A DNA stretch of 64,000 nt from an uncultured Prolixibacteraceae bacterium (GCA_964455285.1 CAYVVG010000001.1:64960-128959), one strand, 5' to 3'. Positions 1 to 9,402 are shown, counted from the stretch's first letter. Numbers and translations: made by a program. The notes: generated by a model not told the origin, from the sequence alone.

Positions 1-304
1 GCGTGCTGTCGTTGAGGTACTGCACATACCGGCTTCCGGCCCAAAGGGCTGAATCCTGCCGTTCCTGCGACATCGAGTCGAAACCAGGGATATCCTCCCC
101 TCGGTGATTGAATTTAAACACCAGTGCCGGCGAATTGACGAGGAGGGTGATCCGTGGGGGTGATTGAACGAAAGTGCCTGCAACCTGCCTCCCCGGAAGG
201 CATGACGGCAGGATCGCGGCCAGCGCCAGGATAAAGACAAAACTCCCGGCCCGGCAGGGATGACCGGTGCTACGATACCATCTGATTCCCGAACTTCCTG
301 CCAT
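1..304 (-). CDS. hypothetical lipoprotein, N-terminal fragment (gene runs off the left window edge)
   Basis: Absent from the ORF track because it has no stop codon in the window. The minus-strand frame opens at ATG 304-302 and reads MAGSSGIRWYRSTGHPCRAGSFVFILALAAILPSC..., a hydrophobic stretch plus a lipobox-like Cys. It stays open to position 1. It overlaps the 3' end of the upstream gene by 35 nt, so the start is uncertain. Confidence 0.35.
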   Translation of the reverse strand, partial: MAGSSGIRWYRSTGHPCRAGSFVFILALAAILPSCLPGRQVAGTFVQSPPRITLLVNSPALVFKFNHRGEDIPGFDSMSQERQDSALWAGSRYVQYLNDST

Positions 305-1469
305 ATTCAATGCATTTCAACCGCACTTCGTTATGCGGCTTAAATTTGACCATAAGCCCCTCGTCCATTACCCGCAGCTTCAGGTTGGCCATTGCCGACG
401 TCATGATCCGGGCGCCTTCGCCGCTCCAGCCATATGAGCCGAAGGCGGCAGCCAGTTTGTTCCGGTCGCGGATCGGATTGATGAGCGCGAACACCTGGTA
501 GACGGGCAGGAGGATATTCTGGCTGAAAGTCGGACATCCCAGCATGATGGCTGACGCTTCGGCGATCTTCTTCTCGACGGTAGCTGCATCCATCTTTTCG
601 ATATCGCAAAGGTCCACGTCGATATCCCCTGCCTGGCGGATACCCTCGGCGATCATCATGGCGATGGTTTCCGTGTTGTGATAGGCCGACACATAGCCCA
701 GGAACACCCGGTTGGGTTTCTGTTCTTCCAGGGCTTCATGCGCATACTTTTCCGAAAGTTCCACGTATTTTTTCCAGTCCGACCGCAGCACAGCGCCGTG
801 TCCCGGCAGAATGGCCCGGATCTCCAGCGGGCGGATCCTTGCGATGGCCTGCAGCATGAACTTGCTGTATGGCTTCATGATCACCTCGTAGTAATACCGG
901 AACGCATCGCCGAAGTCGCCGACAAGGTCGTCGAACACCTCTTCATGACAGTAATGTTCGCCAAAAATGTCGCAGGTAAAGAGCAGTTTATCTTCTACCA
1001 GGTAAGTCATCATCGAGTCGGGCCAGTGGAGGTTGGCAGCAGCGATGAATTGAAGAGTCCTGTTCCCAAGGTCAAGCGTCTGACCGTCTTTCACCACCAG
1101 GTTGGGGAATTCAAACCCGACCAGGTCGCGCAGGTACCGGATAGCATTTCCGCTTCCGACCACGGTGGCGTGAGGGGCCAGTTTCAGCAGGTTCGCCAGG
1201 CAACCCGAGTGGTCGGGTTCTGTGTGATTGACCACGATATAATCGATCGAGGCCGGGTCGGTAACTGCCCGCAACTTCGCCTCATAGGTATCCCAGAAGG
1301 ACTCTTTTACCGTTTCGATTACGGCCTTCTTTTCCGCGTTGATAAAATAGGAGTTGTAGGTGGTGCCGAATTTCGTCTCCATCACTACGTCGAACGTAAT
1401 GATATCGCGATCAAGCACACCGATCCAGCTCACCTCTTCATTGATCTTCTTTACAGCCTGGTCGTTCAT
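270..1469 (-). CDS. flavodiiron protein (FprA-type A-class flavoprotein, O2/NO reductase)
   Basis: 399 aa. N-terminal metallo-beta-lactamase-like domain with di-iron ligand motif HTEPDHSG; C-terminal flavodoxin-like domain (IMLGCPTFSQN...). Length and order are typical of class A FDPs. ATG start. Confidence 0.9.
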   Translation of the reverse strand: MNDQAVKKINEEVSWIGVLDRDIITFDVVMETKFGTTYNSYFINAEKKAVIETVKESFWDTYEAKLRAVTDPASIDYIVVNHTEPDHSGCLANLLKLAPHATVVGSGNAIRYLRDLVGFEFPNLVVKDGQTLDLGNRTLQFIAAANLHWPDSMMTYLVEDKLLFTCDIFGEHYCHEEVFDDLVGDFGDAFRYYYEVIMKPYSKFMLQAIARIRPLEIRAILPGHGAVLRSDWKKYVELSEKYAHEALEEQKPNRVFLGYVSAYHNTETIAMMIAEGIRQAGDIDVDLCDIEKMDAATVEKKIAEASAIMLGCPTFSQNILLPVYQVFALINPIRDRNKLAAAFGSYGWSGEGARIMTSAMANLKLRVMDEGLMVKFKPHNEVRLKCIEYGRKFGNQMVS

Positions 1470-1553
1470 TCTGGTATTGGCGATGTGTTCATTCAGTGGA
1501 AAACAGGGTAACGGGGCAACGTCGGATTTATTACATGCCGGATGACATTTCGA

Positions 1554-2006
1554 TCAAGGTGCCTGGTTTGGCGGGACATTGATCAGGAGCCAGAAGAGAC
1601 CGGTTGTGTTGATGGAATGGATGAACGAGTCAAAATCGACCGGTTTCACCACGTAACTGTTGGCTCCCAGTGCATATGCCTGCTGGATATCCGGATCTTC
1701 TTTCGAAGAGGTAAGGATGACCACGGGCAGAAGCCGGGTGCTTTCATTCGATTTGATGGCTTGCAGCACCTCGAGTCCGCTCACCTTGGGCAGTTTCAGA
1801 TCGAGAAAGATCACCCTCAATGTTTTGGACCTGTCGCGGGCGGCATATTTCCCCCGCGAGAAGATGAACTCGAGGGCATCTTCTCCATCCTCCACGATAA
1901 AACAGTTGTTGGCCAGGTTGCTTCTTCTCAGCGCCCGTACAGTCAGTTCCGCATCGTGGGGATTGTCTTCGACGATAAGGATCTCAACGGGCTCGTAATT
2001 TTCCAT
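1554..2006 (-). CDS. stand-alone response regulator (receiver domain only)
   Basis: 150 aa, CheY-like: ILIVEDNPHD, phospho-acceptor context VIFLDLKLP, conserved VILTSS and KP (VVKPVDF). No output domain. Confidence 0.9.
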   Translation of the reverse strand: MENYEPVEILIVEDNPHDAELTVRALRRSNLANNCFIVEDGEDALEFIFSRGKYAARDRSKTLRVIFLDLKLPKVSGLEVLQAIKSNESTRLLPVVILTSSKEDPDIQQAYALGANSYVVKPVDFDSFIHSINTTGLFWLLINVPPNQAP

Positions 2007-2039
2007 AATTCAGGGGTCAAATGGTCAAGTACGGCAGTC

Positions 2040-3854
2040 CTATGGTTTTTTCGACTTCAAAGGTAAGGAAAAATAAAAAGAGGCTCCTTCATTCACGGCG
2101 CCGGTGGCCCATACGTTACCTCCGTGCCGGCGGATGATGCGCTGAACGATCGCCAGCCCGATCCCGGTTCCTTCAAATTCTTTGACACTGTGAAGTCGCT
2201 GGAATGCGCCAAAAAGTTTATCGGCATACTTCATATCAAAACCGGCGCCGTTGTCGCAGATACAGTAAATCACCTGGTTGTTCCTGAGCGACGAGGTTAG
2301 CTGGACAGATGCCCGGGCACGGTAAGCGGAAAATTTGACCGCATTCCCAATGAGATTCACCAGCACCTGTCTGATCAGGATCTGATCGCCCGTAGCTGCG
2401 TGGAGGTCGTCGGCTGAAAAGTCGGTACGGTCTTTCTCGCCGGGTGTCGTGATCTCGTGGTAAACCTCGCGGGCCAGCTTGGCCATATTGATTTCCGAGA
2501 ACTGCATATTGGTCCTGTTCAACCGTGACAGTGCCAGGAGGTCGTCGATCAGTTGCCCCATCCGGATAGCGTTCTCCTGAATGACCCGGCAGATCCGCTT
2601 GCCTTCATCGTCGAACGACGGCAGGTAATCTTCGGTGAGGATGCGCGCAAATCCGTCGATTGCGCGCAGCGGTGCCCTCAGGTCATGGGAGACCGAATAG
2701 GTGAAGGCCTCCAGTTCGCTGTTGGCCGATTGGAGCTGGGCCGTCCGTTCCAGCACACGCCGCTCCAGTTCATCATTGAGTTTCTTTATCTCGTGCTCTG
2801 CGTTGCGGCGGGAAGTGATGTCCTCAATGTATCCTTCGAGGTACAGCACATTTCCCTGGTCATCGTAAATTCCGCGCCCCCGTTCCCACATCCAACGTAT
2901 TTCGCCGGTGGCCGTCAGGATGGGATATTCACCTTCAAACATCTCCCGGTTCCGGACCTTCACACGCCACTGGTCCATCACTCGTTCCCGGTAATCATCG
3001 AGGATCAGGTCGTTGAACACCGTGTTCTTCTCCCCCATGAAATCCTCCGGCTGGTAACCGGTCACGGCAAAGCAACCATTGCTGACAAAAAGCATCCTGC
3101 CTTCATATCCGTTGTGGCAGCGATAAACCATGCCCGGCAGGTTGCTGACCAGGGTCGACAGCTGTTGCTCTCTTTCAGCCAGTTGTTTCGACATGTCCCT
3201 CTCCGCCGTTCGGTCCTGCGCGCTTCCGACCGTTCCGATCAGCTTGCCGTTTACATCATACAGCGGTGATTTCCGGACATCAAGAAAGAGGAATTTCTTT
3301 CTGACATTGCCATATTCGTCAAACTGCATGGGTTTTCCGGATTGGAGCACAGCATCATCGGAGTCACGGCAGATCTCGCCGAAGGTATGCCACTCCGGAT
3401 CGTCGGGATGCAGCGCCCGCTGCCTGCCGGCGAAAAACATGTCGTCCTTGCCGATCGGCTCTTCGGTATCCGTGGCGATCAGCAGGTTGTCGCAAAAGGA
3501 TTTGTTCGTGAAAATGTATTTGTTTTCCAGGTTCTTGGCCCAGAGCATGTCGGTCATGTTATCGCTGATGGCCCGGTAGAGCAGGTAAAGGTCCTGGAGA
3601 TTCTGCTTACTTTCATTCAGGGTCTCTTCCGATCGCTTGCGCTGGTCCACCTCCGCCTTCAGGTCTTCCATCAGGTTCAGTGCGGCAAGTTTGGTGGTTT
3701 GCAGTTCGGCATACGATTTTTTCAACGACAGGTCCGTCCTCTTTAATTCATCCAATTGCAATTGAAGATTACGTAGCCGTTCTTCCGGCGATCGTTCCTG
3801 GTCCTGACCGCTCAGCAGGCGGTCTTCCGGCGTGGCTCTTGGCTGCATTACCAT
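2040..3854 (-). CDS. PAS-domain sensor histidine kinase (coiled coil - 2x PAS - HisKA - HATPase_c)
   Basis: 604 aa. H-box FTYSVSHDLRAPLRAIDGF; N, G1 and G2 boxes (LIGNAVKF, DNGAGFD, GTGIGLAIV); two PAS-like segments; N-terminal heptad-rich region (LQLQLDELKRTDLSLKK...AALNLMEDLKAEV). No TM helix. Confidence 0.9.
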   Translation of the reverse strand: MVMQPRATPEDRLLSGQDQERSPEERLRNLQLQLDELKRTDLSLKKSYAELQTTKLAALNLMEDLKAEVDQRKRSEETLNESKQNLQDLYLLYRAISDNMTDMLWAKNLENKYIFTNKSFCDNLLIATDTEEPIGKDDMFFAGRQRALHPDDPEWHTFGEICRDSDDAVLQSGKPMQFDEYGNVRKKFLFLDVRKSPLYDVNGKLIGTVGSAQDRTAERDMSKQLAEREQQLSTLVSNLPGMVYRCHNGYEGRMLFVSNGCFAVTGYQPEDFMGEKNTVFNDLILDDYRERVMDQWRVKVRNREMFEGEYPILTATGEIRWMWERGRGIYDDQGNVLYLEGYIEDITSRRNAEHEIKKLNDELERRVLERTAQLQSANSELEAFTYSVSHDLRAPLRAIDGFARILTEDYLPSFDDEGKRICRVIQENAIRMGQLIDDLLALSRLNRTNMQFSEINMAKLAREVYHEITTPGEKDRTDFSADDLHAATGDQILIRQVLVNLIGNAVKFSAYRARASVQLTSSLRNNQVIYCICDNGAGFDMKYADKLFGAFQRLHSVKEFEGTGIGLAIVQRIIRRHGGNVWATGAVNEGASFYFSLPLKSKKP

Positions 3855-3858
3855 ACAG

Positions 3859-4860
3859 TTACAGGGTTACACGGTATTTTTCAGGTTTATCGGCCATGGC
3901 CAGCAATTCGTTCACCTCTTTCTTCAATTCGATCATCCGGAGTTCCCGTCCCAGCATCAGGTAATTGAACCTTTCCAACTCGGCGATCTTGATCTTCAAC
4001 TCATGTTCTGAATGCAGGCGGTCCTCTTCGAGCGACAGCGCTCTTGCCAGTATCCCGATGATGTCGATCTCTTCGCGGCCAAAGATCCTGGGTTCATCAT
4101 CCATGACGGTCAGCGTTCCGATGATCTTTCCCTGCCGGGTCACTTCAGCGCCGAGGTACGATTTCATGCCAAACCGGGTGATAGCTTCATCTGTGCCGGC
4201 AAAGCCGGTCTTTGCAAGATCCTCGAATGCGACCCAGCCCTGGCCACCGGCACGGGTTGTCTCAAAGGGAATCCTTCCGGCTCCGGGTGTTGTATGGGGC
4301 CAATCGCTGGGAAGACCGCAACCGGTCACCACCATCAGATTATCGGACTTGAAGTCCAGCCGGATGTAAGCAGAGATCTTGGTCCCGTTCACCTCCCTGG
4401 CGCACCGGACGATGATCTGGAAATTGCGGTCCTGGATGGTGCCGAGATCGCGGAAGAGATCGGCCACCGAACGGAATCTGTCCTGCAACCGTTTGATCTC
4501 GGTGACATCCTTGGTGGTTCCGATCAGGGCGACAGGTTGTCCCATATCATCCCGGATGACCGATGTGGAGATGAATACCGGGAACTCCGTTCCGTCCTTC
4601 CTGCGGTTCATTACCTCCCCTGTCCATCCGCCTTCCAGGGTTCGCGGCAGGATGCCTGCCACCACGTCGGGACGGTTTTTTTCGGACCGGATGAAATTCA
4701 TAGGTTTCCCGATCAGTTCTTCCCTGGGATAACCATACATGCGTGTGAATGCATCATTCACAAAAAGGATGTCGTCGTTCATATCCGATATGCAAACGCC
4801 ATCGCTGATGCTTTTCAATGCCAATACCAGCATGGTATTATCCGGTAAAATTTCCGTCAT
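3859..4860 (-). CDS. PAS + GAF sensor protein without output domain
   Basis: 333 aa. N-terminal PAS (FVNDAFTRMYGYPREELIGKPM...TKDVTEIKRLQ), then a GAF-like domain. It ends in a coiled-coil tail ELERFNYLMLGRELRMIELKKEVNELL. Lies 4 nt upstream of the kinase gene. Confidence 0.75.
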   Translation of the reverse strand: MTEILPDNTMLVLALKSISDGVCISDMNDDILFVNDAFTRMYGYPREELIGKPMNFIRSEKNRPDVVAGILPRTLEGGWTGEVMNRRKDGTEFPVFISTSVIRDDMGQPVALIGTTKDVTEIKRLQDRFRSVADLFRDLGTIQDRNFQIIVRCAREVNGTKISAYIRLDFKSDNLMVVTGCGLPSDWPHTTPGAGRIPFETTRAGGQGWVAFEDLAKTGFAGTDEAITRFGMKSYLGAEVTRQGKIIGTLTVMDDEPRIFGREEIDIIGILARALSLEEDRLHSEHELKIKIAELERFNYLMLGRELRMIELKKEVNELLAMADKPEKYRVTL

Positions 4861-4872
4861 ATCTCTCCTGCC

Positions 4873-5997
4873 TTATGAATCCGAAAATTCCCCTTCCGGC
4901 GTCTCGTGGATGAAGTACCTTGATTCTTTCCCCATCTCGGCCAGCAGTCCGTTGATCTCTTTCTTCAGGTCGATCATCCGCAACTCCCTGCCGAGCATCA
5001 GGCTGTTGAAGTTCTCGAGGTCCCGGGCTTTCTTGCTCAGGGCTTCTTCGGCCACTTTACGCTCGGTGATGTTCATCGCGATCCCTCCCAGCATGTCTCC
5101 CTTGTCCTGGTTCGGGATGATGAACTTATGCGTCTCGAATGTACCCACCCTCCCGCTCAGTTCTGTAAAATCCTCGACGATGCTGTGGAACCCTTTCTTC
5201 ATGGTCTGCCTGTCGTCATTCAGTATCTGTTCTCCCTTGTCACCGGGAAAACACTCCTGTGGTGTTTTCCCGATCCAGGCTTGCGATCCCAGGGCATCGT
5301 TCATGGCCTTATTGGTATAGATCAGGCGGAATTCCTGATCTTTAATGAAGGCCAGTGCAGGCAGGTTCTCCATGAATGAAGCGAACCGGTTCTCACTCTC
5401 CTTGAGTGCTTCCTCAGTTTCTGCTTTCAGAGCACTGTCCACCTGGTCTTTGAGGATCTTTCCTATCAGGGCAGTGGCTATGGGATAGATCCCGATGATG
5501 GTCATCGAAAGGGTTCTGAAAGCAGTGATCCGCATCGGGGAGGGGATGGTAAGCATCAACACCAGCATGATGATATGCACGAGCAACCCGATGCCATAAA
5601 GGTAATAGGTATTCCCCAGCATCCTGTTCGTCCTGGAATCCCGGTGAAAGAGGACCCCCACCAGGGCGGAGGAGATGATCACGCTCACCCCCATCACAGC
5701 TCCTCCCCCTCCCACGTAGATCCGGTAAACCAGGGCGATGAAGGCGGCGATGAAAGCCGATACCGGGCCGAAAAAGAGTCCGCACAGGCTAAGAACCACG
5801 CTTCTTCCATCGAAAATGATCCCCGGCGTAAGCACAAACGGATTCAGCATCCCGATGAGAGCGACAATACCGAAGAGAAGTCCCTGCAACACCTGTCCCT
5901 CTTTTGATTCCCGCTTCCAGCGTTTGCCGATGAAACCGGAGAGGGTGCTGACCGCGACCAGCAACGCAAGATTGAAAATGAGGTCAACTATGATCAT
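4873..5997 (-). CDS. membrane sensor: 5TMR-LYT-type transmembrane domain + PAS, no output domain
   Basis: 374 aa. About 5-6 TM helices with the Gly/Pro-rich pattern of LytS/YhcK-type 5TM receptors (LNPFVLTPGIIFDGRSVVLSLCGLFFGP). One PAS domain follows, then the same C-terminal motif as the neighbouring gene (DLENFNSLMLGRELRMIDLKKEINGLL). Confidence 0.75.
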   Translation of the reverse strand: MIIVDLIFNLALLVAVSTLSGFIGKRWKRESKEGQVLQGLLFGIVALIGMLNPFVLTPGIIFDGRSVVLSLCGLFFGPVSAFIAAFIALVYRIYVGGGGAVMGVSVIISSALVGVLFHRDSRTNRMLGNTYYLYGIGLLVHIIMLVLMLTIPSPMRITAFRTLSMTIIGIYPIATALIGKILKDQVDSALKAETEEALKESENRFASFMENLPALAFIKDQEFRLIYTNKAMNDALGSQAWIGKTPQECFPGDKGEQILNDDRQTMKKGFHSIVEDFTELSGRVGTFETHKFIIPNQDKGDMLGGIAMNITERKVAEEALSKKARDLENFNSLMLGRELRMIDLKKEINGLLAEMGKESRYFIHETPEGEFSDS

Positions 5998-6071
5998 AAT
6001 ACGGAGGTTAATGTTTCACACCGCTATCCCGGTCAATATTCCGGCGCTCCGCCCCCGGCGCTAAACGCGGC

Positions 6072-8759
6072 CTACAGGGGCAGCTCCATCTGGCCGGCCC
6101 CGTCGACGGGTCCGGGAATTTCCGGGTCCGGGGGTTGGAGGGGCACTGCCGCTTTGGATTCGCGGGAACCTTTATTCTGAACCTCTTCGATCCGGAATGG
6201 AACAGGCGGGATATCTTCGGCAGGGATCGTTTCGGTTGTTCCGGGCGCCTCTTCGGGCGTTGCCGGTTCCAGCCATGCGCATTTTCGCAACGGATGCACG
6301 GAAATCCTCTTCCCCTTGGCCTTGTATCCTTTGACCCCGATGAAATCATGCACGCCGATCTCTTCCGATTCAACCCCTTTGGTTTTCATCTTCATGTCAA
6401 AATGGATCTCCAGACGTGGGAGCGGATCCCCGGTAAGCAGTACAAGTTTATCCGGATCTTCGATAAATTCTATCTTCTTTTCGCTTAGCTCAGCCCTGAA
6501 GCGCTTTATGTAATAATTCTTCGAATCCGCCTCCTGGTATACCACGGTATAGATCCTTTCGGGATCGAATTTTTCGATAAGGATCATCTCTTCGTCGAAA
6601 TGAGCCGACAGGTCGAAGGAGGTCAGCCGGTAATAACCCTGACGCATGACAGTGATGATACGGTCGGTTCCTGAAAATGCCCCGAGGAGCAGCCCCCGTT
6701 CGTCGGTGTTGAGCCTCTGCACGGTCTCATCATACCAGATGTTCAGCGAACCCAGCGTGGAAACTCCTTCCTGGCGCTTCTCGATCTTTCTCACTGCAAA
6801 TTTGGTGAGGGTGTTTCCCATCGAGGCGCGGCCTTTAATGGCAATGGAGGCGAAATCGAATTCAAACGAAGTTTTTTTCATCCTCGGCTTGGGCTTCAGG
6901 TCCACCTTCACCACCTCAGCCTCCCCGTTCGGGTTGGCCGTGAAGTACAGCACTTTCGATCCTGCCGTCCCTTTCGTCGCGTAATATTCCTTGTCACGAG
7001 TGACCCCCAGCACGCTGAACCGTTTCACGAGGATCTTGCCGTTCTTCCCGTCGCGGTAGATCATGTTATAAACCGTCCTGGAATCATTTTTATTGAAGAC
7101 CGCGATATGGATCACGTTCTGTCCGACAAACAGTTTCGGAGCGATCTTCGCTACCAGGAATGTTCCGTCATCCCTGAAGACAATGATATCGTCGATATCG
7201 GAGCAGTCGCATACGAACTCGTCCTTCTTCAGTCCGGTCCCGGCAAAGCCCTCCTCACGGTTCACATAGAGTTTTTCGTTGGCGGCGGCGACCTTCACGG
7301 CCTCGATCGTGTCGAAGTTCCTCAGTTCGGTGTGTCGGTCGCGGTTTTTCCCGTGTTTCTTCCGGACCTGCCGGAAATATTCGATCGCGTAATCGATCAG
7401 GTGGGCCAGGTGGTTGTCGACCTCCTCCATGTCGGCTTTCACGTTTGCCATCGCTTCGTCGGCTTTCGCCGAATTATATTTCGAAATCCGTTCGATGGGG
7501 ATCCGCCGCAACCGCTGGATATCTTCGGGCGAAACCGGCCGGATCAGATGTTTGGTGTAGGGTTTCAGCCCCCGGAGGATGGCTGTGTCAATCTCTTCGG
7601 TAGTCCTGCACTTCTTGATTCCTTCGTAGATCTCATTCTCGATAAAGATCTTTTCAAGGGAGATGGAATGCAGCTGGTCGAGCAGATCCTGCCTTCGGAT
7701 ATCCAGTTCCATCTTCAGCAGGTTCACCGTTGTTTCCGTGTTGACCCGCAGGATCTCGGATACACCCATGAACCTCGGTTTCCCGTTTTCTATGACACAG
7801 GCGTTGGGAGAGATGGACACCTCGCACTCGGTAAAGGCGAACAGCGCATCCATCGTAGTGTCGGGCGACACGCCCGGCGCCAGGTGGATGACGATCTCCA
7901 CGTCGGAAGCGGTATTGTCGTCGATTTTCCGGATCTTTATCTTCCCTTTGTCGTTGGCTGAAAGGATGGAATCGATGATCGACCCCGTGGTGGTACCAAA
8001 GGGGATCTCACGGACCACAAGGGTTTTTTTATCTTCCTGGTTGATCCGGGCACGGACCCGGATCTTGCCCCCGCGCAACCCGTCGTTGTACCTCGAGACA
8101 TCAGCCATACCGCCGGTCAGGAAGTCGGGATATAACTCGAACTCCTTGCCCTGTAGTATTTTAATCGAAGCGTCGATGAGTTCGTTGAAGTTATGCGGGA
8201 GTATTTTGGAGGCAAGCCCCACCGCGATTCCTTCCACCCCTTGTGCCAGCAGCAACGGAAATTTGGCCGGAAGTGCCACCGGCTCCTTGTTCCGGCCGTC
8301 GTAGGATGCCTGCCAGGCGGTTGTTTTCGGGTTATACAGTACTTCGAGGGCAAATTTCGAAGGACGCGCTTCGATGTACCTGGCTGCCGCTGCACTGTCG
8401 CCGGTGAGGATGTTTCCCCAGTTTCCCTGGCAATCGACAAGCAGGTCCTTCTGCCCCAGTTGCACCAGGGCATCACCGATGGAGGCATCGCCGTGGGGAT
8501 GGTACTTCATGGTGTGGCCGATGATGTTGGCCACTTTATTGAACCGGCCGTCGTCGAGTTCCTTCATGGCATGAAGGATCCGACGCTGAACTGGCTTAAG
8601 CCCGTCGGTGATCTCAGGCACGGCACGCTCCAGGATGACATAGGATGAATAGTCGAGGAACCATCCCTGGTACATTTCGGAGAGGTGAACCGCTCCCTTC
8701 AGTGTCCCTGTTTCGAGTTCGGGACTTTCGGCATTACCGTTCAGGAGTTCTTCAGACAA
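6072..8759 (-). CDS. parC: DNA topoisomerase IV subunit A (type IIA topoisomerase A subunit, Bacteroidota ParC type)
   Basis: 895 aa. GLKPVQRRILHAM, HPHGD, catalytic Tyr context AAARYIEARPS, and a beta-pinwheel C-terminal domain. I saw no GyrA-box (QRRGGKG), which favours ParC. The first codon in the track is TTG (no in-frame ATG upstream of the conserved N-terminus). Pro/Glu-rich C-terminal tail of about 90 aa. Confidence 0.88.
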   Translation of the reverse strand: MSEELLNGNAESPELETGTLKGAVHLSEMYQGWFLDYSSYVILERAVPEITDGLKPVQRRILHAMKELDDGRFNKVANIIGHTMKYHPHGDASIGDALVQLGQKDLLVDCQGNWGNILTGDSAAAARYIEARPSKFALEVLYNPKTTAWQASYDGRNKEPVALPAKFPLLLAQGVEGIAVGLASKILPHNFNELIDASIKILQGKEFELYPDFLTGGMADVSRYNDGLRGGKIRVRARINQEDKKTLVVREIPFGTTTGSIIDSILSANDKGKIKIRKIDDNTASDVEIVIHLAPGVSPDTTMDALFAFTECEVSISPNACVIENGKPRFMGVSEILRVNTETTVNLLKMELDIRRQDLLDQLHSISLEKIFIENEIYEGIKKCRTTEEIDTAILRGLKPYTKHLIRPVSPEDIQRLRRIPIERISKYNSAKADEAMANVKADMEEVDNHLAHLIDYAIEYFRQVRKKHGKNRDRHTELRNFDTIEAVKVAAANEKLYVNREEGFAGTGLKKDEFVCDCSDIDDIIVFRDDGTFLVAKIAPKLFVGQNVIHIAVFNKNDSRTVYNMIYRDGKNGKILVKRFSVLGVTRDKEYYATKGTAGSKVLYFTANPNGEAEVVKVDLKPKPRMKKTSFEFDFASIAIKGRASMGNTLTKFAVRKIEKRQEGVSTLGSLNIWYDETVQRLNTDERGLLLGAFSGTDRIITVMRQGYYRLTSFDLSAHFDEEMILIEKFDPERIYTVVYQEADSKNYYIKRFRAELSEKKIEFIEDPDKLVLLTGDPLPRLEIHFDMKMKTKGVESEEIGVHDFIGVKGYKAKGKRISVHPLRKCAWLEPATPEEAPGTTETIPAEDIPPVPFRIEEVQNKGSRESKAAVPLQPPDPEIPGPVDGAGQMELPL

Positions 8760-8775
8760 AGTACAGTCATATTTA

Positions 8776-8847
8776 ATGCAGTCAATGCAAACAATGCAGG
8801 CAACGCAAACAATGCAGGCAATGCAAACAATGCAGGCAATGCAAATA
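8776..8847 (+). repeat. tandem array, 8 x 9 nt, ATGCA(A/G)(A/G)CA family
   Basis: atgcagtca atgcaaaca atgcaggca acgcaaaca atgcaggca atgcaaaca atgcaggca atgcaaata. Almost fills the spacer between the isochorismatase stop (8848) and the parC start (8759). Confidence 0.95.
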
Positions 8848-9390
8848 TTATTTAACCAGGCGGGAGATCGCCTTAAAGGTCTCCCCTCCCGAATGCCTCA
8901 GCAGTTCAAAGAGGATGGCTTCGTAAGTGGTGATGTACGCTCCTTCGCGGCGCATCCGTTCAAGCGCGATCTTTTTATCGTTGGGTTTGCGCGAGGAGAT
9001 GCAGTCCTCCGCCACCACAGGGTGGTATCCGGCGTGCAGCAGGTCGATGACGGTCTGCAGTACGCATACATGGCTCTCGATTCCGGCGATGATCACCTGG
9101 TCGCGTCCCGACGACGCCAGCTCCATCATGAACTTCGGTTCGTCGCAGCAGCTGAAGGATGATTTCTCCACGCGCGGGATCCCCTCCAGCTTCCCGGCGA
9201 TAACTGCCACCGTCGGTCCGAGTCCCTTGACATACTGCTCGGTGACCAAAATGGGGATGCCAAGGACTTTCAACCCTTCGATCAGGATGGGAACATTCCG
9301 CGTCAGCATCTCATGCTCATGGATCGCGGGGAAGATCCGCTCCTGGAAGTCGATGATCACTGCGGCGGTTTTTTCTTTGATGAATCTCAT
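8848..9390 (-). CDS. isochorismatase-family cysteine hydrolase
   Basis: VIIDFQERIF..., catalytic Cys context IIAGIESHVCVLQTVIDLL. I moved the start to ATG 9390 (MRFIKEK...). The 13 extra codons in the track (to 9429) are encoded by the ATGCAGGCA repeat and look spurious. Confidence 0.8.
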   Translation of the reverse strand: MRFIKEKTAAVIIDFQERIFPAIHEHEMLTRNVPILIEGLKVLGIPILVTEQYVKGLGPTVAVIAGKLEGIPRVEKSSFSCCDEPKFMMELASSGRDQVIIAGIESHVCVLQTVIDLLHAGYHPVVAEDCISSRKPNDKKIALERMRREGAYITTYEAILFELLRHSGGETFKAISRLVK

Positions 9391-9402
9391 AACTTTGGTT
9401 TT

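Noticed and set aside
6072-8759. Calling the type IIA topoisomerase subunit gyrA
   Set aside because: I could not find a GyrA-box (QRRGGKG-like) in the C-terminal domain. The N-terminal sequence and length match the Bacteroidota ParC type. Alignment would be needed for certainty.
8776-9162. 128-aa ORF beginning MQSMQTMQATQTMQAMQTMQAMQ
   Set aside because: The N-terminus is simply the 9-nt tandem array read in frame. The rest is antisense to the isochorismatase-family gene.
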